A stretch of 64,000 bases of DNA from a virus. Shown piece after piece: positions 1-7,736 of this stretch (its first letter is position 1; each line of letters begins with the position of its first letter). A program made the position numbers and the translations under genes. A model generated the notes under the pieces. That model made no database searches, had not been told where the DNA came from, and saw only the letters and a program-made list of their open reading frames with translations. The DNA is taken from the IMG/VR virus record IMGVR_UViG_3300027692_000001, one strand, 5' to 3'.

Positions 1-157
1 GACCCCGCCGACCGCGACTGGCCAGTCCGAGGGCTGACCAAGGTCGCACTATGAAGCGAAAGAGAGATGACCATGACCCCCACTACCGCGACACACCTGA
101 ACGCCCCAAGAGGGGGTCGCGCCATCTTCAATGGGTGCTGGCAAATGGGAGGCGGGA

Positions 158-511
158 GTGAGCACTGAGGCGTTGGGGGGCGCTGACGCTAGCAGCTCTA
201 GCGGTGACGCCCTCGGCAACATTGACATCTGTGAACGCTGTGGCCAAGAGAACGATTGTGCTTGTGGAGTTTGTTGGGCCTGCCACTCCAAGGCTGGGGC
301 CGATCGAGCTGCCGCCACCCCTGAGCCATCACCCCCTGATGGTTGGATCGACTACGACCCGGACGCGTACCACTACAAAGCCCCCGACACCTCCCACCCC
401 TACTACCACGTCGACAACCACCTCTTTAGTGACGACGCGGAGCGTGCAGAGCGCGAGTACCGCAAGCGTCGGAGAGCAAGCCTCCGACGCGACCTCGACC
501 AACACGCCTGA
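158..511 (+). CDS. hypothetical Cys-rich protein (CxxC...CxxC)
   Basis: GTG 158 overlaps the TGA of an upstream 37-aa micro-ORF (51-161). Third positions are strongly C/G-rich across 340-511. Motif ICERCGQENDCACGVCWAC. The ORF track lists it from ATG 131. Confidence 0.5.
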   Translation: MSTEALGGADASSSSGDALGNIDICERCGQENDCACGVCWACHSKAGADRAAATPEPSPPDGWIDYDPDAYHYKAPDTSHPYYHVDNHLFSDDAERAEREYRKRRRASLRRDLDQHA

Positions 512-752
512 CTGGAGCTGCATCCGAAATGCCGAAAGCCACGACGACTACAGCTCAGGGGGGGACGAACCATATGGGGGCGCGTACCAGTTCAGCGTCT
601 CGACCTGGCAGTCTCTCGGCTTCGCTGGCGTCCCTAACGAGGCGGCTCCGGTGACCCAGGACCAAGCCGCTCTGGCTCTGTACGCCTACGACCTGAGGGC
701 GTTCGGCAATCCATGGGAGGCGTGGCAGACAGCCCCGCTGTGTGGGCTATGA
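444..752 (+). CDS. Rpf-like / transglycosylase-like domain protein (start uncertain)
   Basis: C-terminal 80 aa (DWSCIRNAES..YGGAYQFSVSTWQSLG..APLCG) resemble the actinobacterial resuscitation-promoting-factor transglycosylase-like domain. The only in-frame start near the domain is GTG 444, and it has a poor SD. The domain begins exactly at nt 510. Confidence 0.55.
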   Translation: MQSASTASVGEQASDATSTNTPDWSCIRNAESHDDYSSGGDEPYGGAYQFSVSTWQSLGFAGVPNEAAPVTQDQAALALYAYDLRAFGNPWEAWQTAPLCGL

Positions 753-1240
753 GCGGTTGGGGCTTCTCGGTCATAGGCGACCCCGCGACTCAAGGTTCCA
801 AACGCGCATGGGTGAACCCAGCTAGTGGCCGCGCCCAGATGATCGAGCAGACCGCCCCGAAGATCAAGACGTGGCGCGGCGACATCAAAGACGCTGCCCC
901 CTCAGGGCCCTGCTTAGACGGCCCTGTGGCCATGCACGTCGTGTTCACCCTTCGCCGGCCTAAGAGCGCCCGTAAGACCGATCTGGCGCCCTGTAAGACG
1001 CCCGATTGCGACAAGCTCCTCAGAGGCCTGTTAGACCCGATCGTCCAGTGCGGGCTCTTGGCCGACGATGCTCGGGTGGTGGAGTTCACGCGGCTCGCGA
1101 AGGTGTGGAGTGGCTACGACCGCGACGCCCTCAACACTCCCGGCGTCTTGGTCGCCGCCGTCGAAATGGAGGGCAACTGGGGCATAGAGCTGTACGAGTT
1201 CGTGCTCGCTCTACGCCCATCGCAGCAACAAGTAAGCTAG
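749..1240 (+). CDS. rusA: RusA-like Holliday junction resolvase
   Basis: ATGA overlap with the upstream stop. GDPATQGSKR...PDCDKLLRGLLD...LLADDARVV fits the RusA endodeoxyribonuclease pattern (catalytic D-rich C-terminal half). Confidence 0.75.
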   Translation: MSGWGFSVIGDPATQGSKRAWVNPASGRAQMIEQTAPKIKTWRGDIKDAAPSGPCLDGPVAMHVVFTLRRPKSARKTDLAPCKTPDCDKLLRGLLDPIVQCGLLADDARVVEFTRLAKVWSGYDRDALNTPGVLVAAVEMEGNWGIELYEFVLALRPSQQQVS

Positions 1241-1264
1241 CTAAACCAACGAAAGGGAACGAAC

Positions 1265-1468
1265 ATGAAATTGTTTGAGTACGCAGTGTTCAAGGACGAG
1301 AAGAAGGACAAGGAAGGCAACGTCATCGACGGCGCGACGGTCCTGGTACCGCCCACGACCGTCCTGGCCAACGACGACAAGCAAGTAGGCATCCGCGCCG
1401 CGAAGGCGATCCCCGAAAAAGACATGGATGACTTGGATCGTATCCAGGTCGTGGTGCGCCCTTTCTGA
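1265..1468 (+). CDS. hypothetical protein
   Basis: ATG preceded by the GAAAGGGAAC SD-like motif. 67-aa ORF with good GC3. Confidence 0.6.
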   Translation: MKLFEYAVFKDEKKDKEGNVIDGATVLVPPTTVLANDDKQVGIRAAKAIPEKDMDDLDRIQVVVRPF

Positions 1469-1491
1469 GAGGGCTTCCCCCGCTGGCCAGC

Positions 1492-1689
1492 GTGGAGGAA
1501 GTGCAAGCGGCCCTCGGCGCGCCGTCACTCCAAGGAGTGAGACGTCAGTTCACCAGCGGACCCGTGCCTGACGCGGTCTACTCCGAAACCCTCTACGGGG
1601 CTATTCAGTCGCCCGCTTTTTACACCAACAGCGTTGCAACCACGTCGAACAGTTACAACCTCTCGGAGTTCGTCAACACCTCAAACTGA
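1492..1689 (+). CDS. hypothetical protein
   Basis: GTG-start ORF filling the gap in the same-strand array, with moderate GC3. No recognisable domain. Confidence 0.4.
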   Translation: MEEVQAALGAPSLQGVRRQFTSGPVPDAVYSETLYGAIQSPAFYTNSVATTSNSYNLSEFVNTSN

Positions 1690-1702
1690 AGGGAACACAC
1701 CA

Positions 1703-2158
1703 TTGGCACGCACCAAGAAGAACGTGGACGCCCCTCTCGGCCTCCACAACGGCCTACCCATCCAGCGCAAGCGCGTGAAGATAACGAACACTGGCGACGG
1801 CCTGTCCCAAGCAATGACCATCACCCCGGTCGACGTGAAGGATGGCTCGGAGCACTACATCTCCATGCGGATCAAGCACACGAGGACGTACTTCGACAAC
1901 GTGTTCAGCCAGGACGACCCGGACAACCTGATCGGCTTTGAGGAGATCCTTCAGTTCTCGGCCCAAGCCGCTGTCTTCGACGACCGCCCCGACGCGGCTG
2001 AGCAGGTCACCGCGATGGAGGAACGGCTCGAGGCCAAGGCCGCGAAGGAAGCCGCCGAGGCTGAGCGCAAGAAGCGCGAGGCAAAGGGTGAGTTCCAACT
2101 GATAAGGGGCGAGGGCGACGATGAGCCCGACGGCGAAGGTGGAGAGGACGACATCTAG
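1703..2158 (+). CDS. hypothetical protein, acidic C-terminus
   Basis: TTG 1703 lies 9 nt after GAAGGGAAC. The C-terminus is Glu/Asp-rich (EGDDEPDGEGGEDDI). The track ORF starts at 1634. Confidence 0.5.
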   Translation: MARTKKNVDAPLGLHNGLPIQRKRVKITNTGDGLSQAMTITPVDVKDGSEHYISMRIKHTRTYFDNVFSQDDPDNLIGFEEILQFSAQAAVFDDRPDAAEQVTAMEERLEAKAAKEAAEAERKKREAKGEFQLIRGEGDDEPDGEGGEDDI

Positions 2159-2160
2159 CC

Positions 2161-2481
2161 GTGGAGCGCCTCCTAGTCAAGCCTGACCACCTGCGGCTGC
2201 TTAGCTCGGCCTACGTCGGGTGGGATGACTGCGAGTTCGGTGCGCCGGCGATCAACTGCAAGCGCCCTTACGGTAACTCCAACGTCGTGGAGGACATGGC
2301 CAGGATCTTGGGGTTCCCCATTGACGAGGAAGGCGACGTCTCTCCCGATGACACGGCCGAGCTGATCGAGCTTCACCGCCAGACGGAGGAAGTGCTCCAG
2401 ATCATCCTCACGGCTCAGTCCTTTGACGTGCTGGGCGAGTACACAAGAGAGGCGGCGTGGCACCCGTGGCACAAGAGCTAG
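2161..2481 (+). CDS. hypothetical protein
   Basis: GTG start after a GAGGA. 106-aa ORF with coding-like GC3. Confidence 0.6.
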   Translation: MERLLVKPDHLRLLSSAYVGWDDCEFGAPAINCKRPYGNSNVVEDMARILGFPIDEEGDVSPDDTAELIELHRQTEEVLQIILTAQSFDVLGEYTREAAWHPWHKS

Positions 2482-2537
2482 GGTTGCCACGCGGCGCGGC
2501 TACCGCGCTTCGTCAAGCAAAACGCTCTCACACGGCC

Positions 2538-2717
2538 ATGAGACGCCACTCAGTCCGCGGCAACATCGAACCCGGCCCTGAGTACCTAGAGCACCGCAAG
2601 AGGTTCCTAGAGAGCCTGAGAGCCCTTAGCGGCCTCGGTGTGAAGCAGCAGGTGGTCGCCGACGAGTTAGGTGTGTCGCGGTCAGCGGTGAGCCAGTGGC
2701 TGGGGCAGGCATCGTGA
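2538..2717 (+). CDS. small helix-turn-helix protein
   Basis: QQVVADELGVSRSAVSQWLGQ is a classic HTH recognition segment. The start is ambiguous (ATG 2538, TTG 2484 or ATG 2457). Confidence 0.55.
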   Translation: MRRHSVRGNIEPGPEYLEHRKRFLESLRALSGLGVKQQVVADELGVSRSAVSQWLGQAS

Positions 2718-3004
2718 AGCGGGTCCAACTCAGCCGAGCAAAGAACTGGCGCAAGCCCGAGGGCTGCATCGTGGTCGCCCGCCCGAGCCGGTGGGGCAAC
2801 CCCTTCGTCCTCGGCCTAGCGGCGGTCATCCCTGGTGAGGTAGTTGACGTAGACCGACGCTTGGCTGTGGAGATGTACCGGTCCTGGCTTCGCCACAACA
2901 GACACCTTGACGTTACGCCGCTACGGGGTCACGACCTTGCTTGCTGGTGCCCCCTTGACCAGCCATGTCACGCCGACGTCCTCCTTGAATTGGCCAACTC
3001 GTGA
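2714..3004 (+). CDS. DUF4326-family protein
   Basis: GTGA overlap. RPSRWGNPF...LACWCPLDQPCHADVLLELAN matches the DUF4326 signature from memory. Confidence 0.7.
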   Translation: MKRVQLSRAKNWRKPEGCIVVARPSRWGNPFVLGLAAVIPGEVVDVDRRLAVEMYRSWLRHNRHLDVTPLRGHDLACWCPLDQPCHADVLLELANS

Positions 3005-3444
3005 GCCTGTTCAACCCGCTCGCCTACGACACGCGACCGATGGCCCCCGAGCCGGGACCACCTCGCAAGGACCGCGGTGAGCGCCTGTTCAGCACGGGCA
3101 CCGAGGCAGCCGACTGGGAACGGTTCTGGTGTGGCCAGTGCGCGCGTGACCACGAGATGCACGCCGAGCGTGGCCCAGGCTGCCTCATCTACGCCGACGA
3201 GATGTTCGACAACGCCGAGCGCTTTGAGATAGTCGATGGGAGCGCAGAGCGGGGCTACACGATCCCGAGCCAAGTGGTCTGCAACGCGTTCGTGCAGTGC
3301 AATGAGTGCGAGGACGACCCCGCGCTACGTGCGACCAGGGACGACCCCACGCGCCTGATTACTTGGCGACAGTTCGCCGCCGAGGCTCGCGCGTCGTGTG
3401 GCCCCTTCTCGGCCGTCATTCCTTTTGAGGAGCAGGCGTCGTGA
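3001..3444 (+). CDS. hypothetical Cys-rich protein
   Basis: GTGA overlap. 147-aa ORF with CGQC and CNEC pairs. Confidence 0.6.
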   Translation: MSLFNPLAYDTRPMAPEPGPPRKDRGERLFSTGTEAADWERFWCGQCARDHEMHAERGPGCLIYADEMFDNAERFEIVDGSAERGYTIPSQVVCNAFVQCNECEDDPALRATRDDPTRLITWRQFAAEARASCGPFSAVIPFEEQAS

Positions 3445-3938
3445 AGGCTCTCTCATTGTGGCAGCCGTGGGCCAGCCTCGTAGCCCTCAGTGTCAAGACG
3501 ATTGAGACGCGGCACTGGGAGACGAAGTACCGCGGCCCCCTAGCCATCCATGCTGCCAAGCGTCGGGCGCAGTTCGCCGACATGAAACAGGTGGTCGGTG
3601 ACCAGGTAGACGCTTGGGAGGCCTGGTACAAGGCTGGTTACGTGTCGGAGGACGGTGAGACGGACGACATGCCCTACGGCGCCGTCGTGGCTACCTGCGA
3701 GCTCCTGTACTGCGCCCCCGTCCTCATGCACTGCTCGTCCTCAGTGTGTGTCGTCCCAGAGAGTGACGGCCTGTGGCTCTACAACCCCGGCACTGGACGA
3801 GGGGCTGACATTGACAAGCAACGTCCCTTCGGAGACTTCACCCTTGGTCGGTACGCGTGGGTGCTGGGGAACATCAAGTTGGTTGACCCACCCGTGCCAG
3901 CGACCGGCCACCAAGGCCTATGGGAATGGGCCGCGTGA
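3441..3938 (+). CDS. ASCH (PUA-like) domain protein
   Basis: GTGA overlap. The N-terminus KALSLWQPWASLVALSVKTIETRHWETKYRGPLAIHAAK is typical of phage ASCH-domain proteins. Confidence 0.7.
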   Translation: MKALSLWQPWASLVALSVKTIETRHWETKYRGPLAIHAAKRRAQFADMKQVVGDQVDAWEAWYKAGYVSEDGETDDMPYGAVVATCELLYCAPVLMHCSSSVCVVPESDGLWLYNPGTGRGADIDKQRPFGDFTLGRYAWVLGNIKLVDPPVPATGHQGLWEWAA

Positions 3939-4129
3939 CCAAGCCAACCACCCTCTCGTTCACCGAAGCCGAGCAGGCCCGTATCTTCGAGGCCGCCCGT
4001 ATCCTGAACACCACCCAGGTCGAACTAATCAAGTGGGGCGCGCTCCAAGCCGCGGACGAGGTGATCGGCGTGAACAACGAGCTCGCCCAGGGTCGGTTGG
4101 GGGACGGGGTTAGGATCGCGGGGCAGTGA
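3935..4129 (+). CDS. ribbon-helix-helix-like small protein
   Basis: GTGA overlap at 3935 (alternative ATGs at 3920 and 3926). TTLSFTEAEQARIFEAARIL has a beta-strand plus helix pattern like the CopG/Arc fold. Confidence 0.5.
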   Translation: MTKPTTLSFTEAEQARIFEAARILNTTQVELIKWGALQAADEVIGVNNELAQGRLGDGVRIAGQ

Positions 4130-4386
4130 GCGCGCTGACCGATCGCGTACGTGCCCAGCAAGCGGGCGTACAGAGGCTGACCCCTGAGCAGATCAGAGAG
4201 GCCCTTGAGCGGCCGTTCAAGGAGCATGGCGACCACCCCTGGCACCAAATAGGGCGGTGCGTCTACTGCGGCCCCTGCGGCGTCAGGCTGTACCAAGGGA
4301 CGATGCCGCCCGACCATGAGGTCTACAAGCGGCCATACCAACCAACGGCCGCCGATGAGATGCTCAAGCGCTGGGGGAAGCTGTGA
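4126..4386 (+). CDS. hypothetical protein (CxxC pair)
   Basis: GTGA overlap. 86-aa ORF with CVYCGPC. Confidence 0.6.
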   Translation: MSALTDRVRAQQAGVQRLTPEQIREALERPFKEHGDHPWHQIGRCVYCGPCGVRLYQGTMPPDHEVYKRPYQPTAADEMLKRWGKL

Positions 4387-4487
4387 GGGCACTCAAGGAT
4401 CTGTGGGCCGACTCGCCCCCCCATGTGTTTATCATGGCCTTTGGTGTCGCCCTCGGGCTGGCCTTCGTGGTCAAGTGGTGCCTGTGA
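4383..4487 (+). CDS. possible 34-aa single-pass membrane peptide
   Basis: Not in the ORF track. GTGA overlaps at both ends (4383 and 4484). Sequence VRALKDLWADSPPHVFIMAFGVALGLAFVVKWCL. Confidence 0.35.
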   Translation: MRALKDLWADSPPHVFIMAFGVALGLAFVVKWCL

Positions 4488-5230
4488 GCAAGCGCACCGA
4501 CGACCTCGAGCGCCGCGTCAAGCGAGCCTGCGAGACGGCTGAACACCTCTTGGCACCCTGGGCCGGCAAAGGCACCCCTAGTGTCCTGTTCGAGTTCATG
4601 CGCCGCGGTGAGCAGCCCTTCGGAGCGGATGGGTATGCGTCGCGCTCAGCCCTGGACCCGAGCGGAGTGGGTGGCGGGAGCTCGGACATGACGAGCGTGG
4701 AGTCGGCCGCGAACAGTCGTATGCAGGATGTTTGCAAGCGCTGCGAGGGTTCGGGCAAGTTCCAAGGTCGCGCCAAGTGCAAGGCATGTGGAGGGAGTGG
4801 CAAGCGGTTCGCCGACCCGATAGGTGACGGGGTGACCGATGGGCTGCGCGAGCTGGGAGTAGCACTACGAGCCTTAGAAGTGGTGGGCGCAAAGATTGAC
4901 CTCGTGATGGGTTCAGCGGCCCGGTTCGCCGGCCGGCAGAGCACCCTTACAAACTGCGAAGTGCCGTCGTGCTCGGCCGCCATCTCAGGTGTGGGCAATG
5001 ACCGGAAGCGCTCGGGGTGCTGCCCTCGTTGCTTTTTACATCTGTCCACCTGGCGCTTGGTCCACCCGACCACCGGAGATCCCGGTGCCGACCGCCAAGC
5101 GTTCTACGCGTTCATGGCCGACTTCTTCCAACAGAAGGAGCTCAAGGCTCAGGCGCGCGCCGAGAAGGAGTCCCGCGAGATTGAGAGACTGCGCCGCAGA
5201 GGCGAGTTGCCGACAGCGAGGGCGCGATGA
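4484..5230 (+). CDS. hypothetical protein with DnaJ-type CxxCxGxG zinc-finger repeat
   Basis: GTG 4484 is coupled to the micro-ORF stop. It carries CKRCEGSGKFQGRAKCKACGGSGKR plus a second Cys cluster (CCPRC). The track ORF from 4316 would overlap two upstream genes. Confidence 0.6.
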   Translation: MSKRTDDLERRVKRACETAEHLLAPWAGKGTPSVLFEFMRRGEQPFGADGYASRSALDPSGVGGGSSDMTSVESAANSRMQDVCKRCEGSGKFQGRAKCKACGGSGKRFADPIGDGVTDGLRELGVALRALEVVGAKIDLVMGSAARFAGRQSTLTNCEVPSCSAAISGVGNDRKRSGCCPRCFLHLSTWRLVHPTTGDPGADRQAFYAFMADFFQQKELKAQARAEKESREIERLRRRGELPTARAR

Positions 5231-5535
5231 AAGAGCAGTATGACAACTTGATGGCATACTTCGATGGGGTACGGCCTGACCTCGCTGCCGACCCCATCGA
5301 GCGGGAAAGGGTGAGTCAAGCCCTGCGCCGCAATTTGAAGGCGTTTGACGATTTGGTGGAGGCGATCGACCAGGCCAAAGCCGATCCTCGTTGCTCGCGC
5401 ACTCTTGGTAGTCGCCCCGAGTGGATGAGCCCTGACCAGTACAGCCCTTGTCGGTGTCGGCGCCGTAAGGACCACGATGGGCCGCACGCTTGTGAGCATG
5501 AGTACTCAGAGCTAGTGGAGCTTTCTACCGCCTAG
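5227..5535 (+). CDS. hypothetical protein
   Basis: ATGA overlap. This 102-aa ORF is the last gene of the rightward array. Confidence 0.6.
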   Translation: MKEQYDNLMAYFDGVRPDLAADPIERERVSQALRRNLKAFDDLVEAIDQAKADPRCSRTLGSRPEWMSPDQYSPCRCRRRKDHDGPHACEHEYSELVELSTA

Positions 5536-5950
5536 CCCTCGTAACCGGGGTGAGGGGCCACCTGCTCAACCGTTCAACGTTTCGGGGAAGGTGGCCCGGC
5601 GGGAGTCCCCTTGCTTTTGGTGGAGACTTAGAGGCAGAGTCCTCCCCTACTTCTAGGAGAGAGCTTGCTTTTGGAGCCAGACTCCTCAGCTTCGCCCAAC
5701 ACGGTCGGGATATTGGCAGGTGGGCACCATGACTGGGCTCCCACCCGGACGCGCCTTGACTGGGAGGCCCCCTTACCATCGGGGTCAGGACCTGTGCGGC
5801 CTACTCGCCAGCGACTTTGAAGGGCTTCGCTGTTCCCTTGCGAACCCGTCTCGTGGGCTAGTGACGACTGTCTGCTACAGTGGCTCTCGGTTGTCGTGGT
5901 GACTACCATTGTGGCAGGTGCGGGCTGGTCACACGCGGACCAGCCCCCTG
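5536..5950 (-). ncRNA. copy A of an unclassified ~400-nt structured element (orientation inferred)
   Basis: 415-bp gap with no ORF conserved in frame. The reverse complement aligns with 59106-59532 at roughly 70 percent identity by eye, with blocks up to 17 nt (ccggacgcgccttgact). Hairpins are kept by compensatory changes. It begins with a perfect 9-bp stem (5922-5946) 4 nt after the ruvB-like stop. Confidence 0.5.
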
Positions 5951-7006
5951 CTACTCCCAAGACCTCACAAGGTCATAGCTAGGGCTGAGAGCCATACGGC
6001 CACGCGCCGTCCGGGTAATCAAGCCAGCGGCCACCATCGGCCCTTCCCTGCTCTCTAGAGCGCTTTGGTCGAGTCCCACGGCCTGACTGAGCGCTGAGAT
6101 GCCAATCGCCCGTCCTGCGAACACGGTGACCAGTGCGAGGATGATCCTTCGGTCTACCGCGTCCCACCCCGAGGGGTCGATGTCGAACGATTCCAAGGCC
6201 GCCGCGCAGTCTCCCGGTAGCACTGTCGATCGACCTTGGCAGGCCACCCAATCAAGGCACCGCTCCGACAGGTGGAGCGCGAGGCGCGGCGTGCCCTTGC
6301 ACCTCTCGGCGATGGTCGTTGGCTCAGTTGAGGCGAACACCACGCCCTTGCGTGTCCACGCGTTGGCTACAACCTGGGCCAGCTCGGCCACGCTGTAGCT
6401 CTCCATTGACAACTTGACGCCAAAGCGGGCCCTGAAGGGCTCTGGGAGCTGTCCAGGGGCCGTTGTAGCGGCCACACAGACGAAAAAGGGGAGATGTGCT
6501 ACGTGAGCCCTGGAATCGGCTCCTGAGCCCAACAGGAGGCTTACAGAGCGGTCCTCAAGGGCACCGTACAAAGTCTCCAAGACTGGCTTGGACGCGGCGT
6601 GTACTTCATCGATCAGCAGCACGTCGCCCACGGTGAGACGCAAGAGCACACCAATGAGGTCCTGGGGCCGGCGCAAGAGGGGGCCTTGGAGAACGTGCAG
6701 CTCCCCGCCGAACTCCTTCGCGATGACGTTGGCTATGGAGGTCTTGCCAAACCCGGGAGGCCCGTCGACCAATACGTGGGCCATGGGCACCCCACGCAAT
6801 ATTGACCCACGCATAACGGTTTTTAGTTGGGCCAGTAAGCTAGTTTGCCCGACCATTTCGCCCATAGTTTGAGGGCGGTTGAGGTTGGGCGGAGGTGGCA
6901 ATGGGAGGGCGGTAATATTATTCGGCGCCCCCGGAGCCTTCCTAGGTTCGGGCCTTTGGGCTCCGGTGTGCGCGTGGTGGGTAGCGCGTAGAGCCGCGCC
7001 GATCAT
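5951..7006 (-). CDS. ruvB: RuvB-like AAA+ Holliday junction branch-migration ATPase homolog
   Basis: Full-length collinear similarity to RuvB: Walker A GPPGFGKT, Walker B LLIDEVH, sensor ATT, RARFG, GTPRLA, and C-terminal winged helix ..GLITRTARGRMA. The start is set at ATG 7006 (ATGA overlap). The track start at 7267 would run through two upstream genes. Confidence 0.8.
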   Translation of the reverse strand: MIGAALRATHHAHTGAQRPEPRKAPGAPNNITALPLPPPPNLNRPQTMGEMVGQTSLLAQLKTVMRGSILRGVPMAHVLVDGPPGFGKTSIANVIAKEFGGELHVLQGPLLRRPQDLIGVLLRLTVGDVLLIDEVHAASKPVLETLYGALEDRSVSLLLGSGADSRAHVAHLPFFVCVAATTAPGQLPEPFRARFGVKLSMESYSVAELAQVVANAWTRKGVVFASTEPTTIAERCKGTPRLALHLSERCLDWVACQGRSTVLPGDCAAALESFDIDPSGWDAVDRRIILALVTVFAGRAIGISALSQAVGLDQSALESREGPMVAAGLITRTARGRMALSPSYDLVRSWE

Positions 7007-7080
7007 CGCGAGACCTTGCGCGGACGAAAGACGATGGCCCCGACGAGGACCGCGAACAGGATTAGGGCGCCGCCGGTCAT
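7003..7080 (-). CDS. possible 25-aa membrane micro-protein
   Basis: Not in the track. ATGA overlaps at both ends. Sequence MTGGALILFAVLVGAIVFRPRKVSR. Confidence 0.35.
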   Translation of the reverse strand: MTGGALILFAVLVGAIVFRPRKVSR

Positions 7081-7301
7081 AGCCCATAGCCCCAAGCGCT
7101 AAGCGGTTTGACCGGGCAGTCAGGCAGGGCCATGAACTCCTGCCAGTGGGTCTCGCAGTAGTGACCCGAGACGGTCTGCCGGCGAGTGCAGTCGGCGAAC
7201 TCACAACGGAGCTGCCAGTCAGAAGTCCAGCGTAGGGGCTTAGGCTCGGCGGGTATCGCGCCGCCATCGTCGGCCCAGGTGTGCTCTTGTAGTTCAGTCA
7301 T
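7077..7301 (-). CDS. hypothetical Cys/His-rich protein
   Basis: 74-aa ORF preceded by the leader CCCCTACGAAACGAGGACC. Has a CEFADC...HYCETH metal-binding-like pattern. Confidence 0.6.
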   Translation of the reverse strand: MTELQEHTWADDGGAIPAEPKPLRWTSDWQLRCEFADCTRRQTVSGHYCETHWQEFMALPDCPVKPLSAWGYGL

Positions 7302-7330
7302 CGGTCCTCGTTTCGTAGGGGTTTGGGGTA

Positions 7331-7377
7331 CAGCGCGCCTAGGCGCCGATCTGCGAGCGCACGCCTAGGCCGTACAG
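7331..7377 (-). promoter_or_regulatory. CCTAGG-centred palindromes / stem-loop between two leftward genes
   Basis: Perfect 12-bp palindrome GCGCCTAGGCGC plus a second CGCCTAGGCC. Together they can form a 9-bp stem. There is no U tract. Confidence 0.35.
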
Positions 7378-7707
7378 CTAGCCGAAGTTCGTAAAGTCAC
7401 CCTCCCCGCGGTAGCTGTGAGCGCGTGGCGCTGGTGCGACGGTTCCCTCTTCGGTCACTACTACGTCGGGCTCGCCGATGTAACTCTGAATGATGACCGC
7501 GTGTTCGCTAGTCCACCCGTCGACGATCTCGCTGATGTTCTCGCTGCTCTCGCTCAGCTCGAGTTCTGCCTCATCCTTTGGGTGGATGGGCTTGTCAAGT
7601 ACGGCGGCCGCTTCGTAACAAAAGCGCGCCGAGGTGGGCGCGTTGGCTAGGTCCATGTTGAAACATACGGGTACGGTTTCTAGGTCAAAGGTGCTGGTCT
7701 CGGCCAT
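7378..7707 (-). CDS. hypothetical acidic protein
   Basis: ATG 7707 is preceded by CCCCTACGAACGAAAGG (the shared leader/SD). 109 aa. The track start at 7791 lies upstream of that leader. Confidence 0.6.
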   Translation of the reverse strand: MAETSTFDLETVPVCFNMDLANAPTSARFCYEAAAVLDKPIHPKDEAELELSESSENISEIVDGWTSEHAVIIQSYIGEPDVVVTEEGTVAPAPRAHSYRGEGDFTNFG

Positions 7708-7736
7708 GGTGTGCCTTTCGTTCGTAGGGGTAAGGC

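Noticed and set aside
204-752. Full-length 182-aa ORF as the Rpf-like gene, and the 131 ATG start for the neighbouring ORF
   Set aside because: The Thr-rich N-terminal 100 aa arises from reading NAC-rich codons out of frame. Third-position GC favours the 158-511 frame there, and GTG 158 forms a GTGA overlap with the upstream micro-ORF.
5536-5950. Interpreting the twin elements as tmRNA, RNase P RNA, SRP RNA, a cobalamin riboswitch, a group I/II intron, DGR TR/VR, or transposon terminal inverted repeats
   Set aside because: Each candidate lacks its defining features. There is no tRNA-like T-arm/CCA end or tag ORF, and no GGAAAGUCCGG-type P4 sequence. There is only a superficial GUCAGG or GCCACUG match, and no domain V or flanking split ORF. 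The window has no reverse transcriptase, and the differences are not adenine-specific. At ~70 percent identity and 53 kb apart, enclosing the essential late genes, they do not fit a mobile element. These rejections are by eye only, and an Rfam scan is still needed.
5525-5960. ORFs inside the two structured elements (5525-5779, 5628-5960, 5550-5732, 5720-5902, and 58941-59381 in copy B)
   Set aside because: When the two copies are aligned, the reading frames are broken by indels and stops (for example ..HGRDIGRWAP-stop versus ..HGRDVGREAADW..). The translations are Arg/Pro/Gly-rich, and there are no SD or coupled starts.
5951-7267. 438-aa version of the RuvB-like ORF with a long Pro/Arg/Ser-rich N-terminus
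   Set aside because: That extension overlaps the 7077-7301 gene and a coupled micro-ORF in other frames. RuvB homology begins just after ATG 7006, which forms an ATGA overlap.
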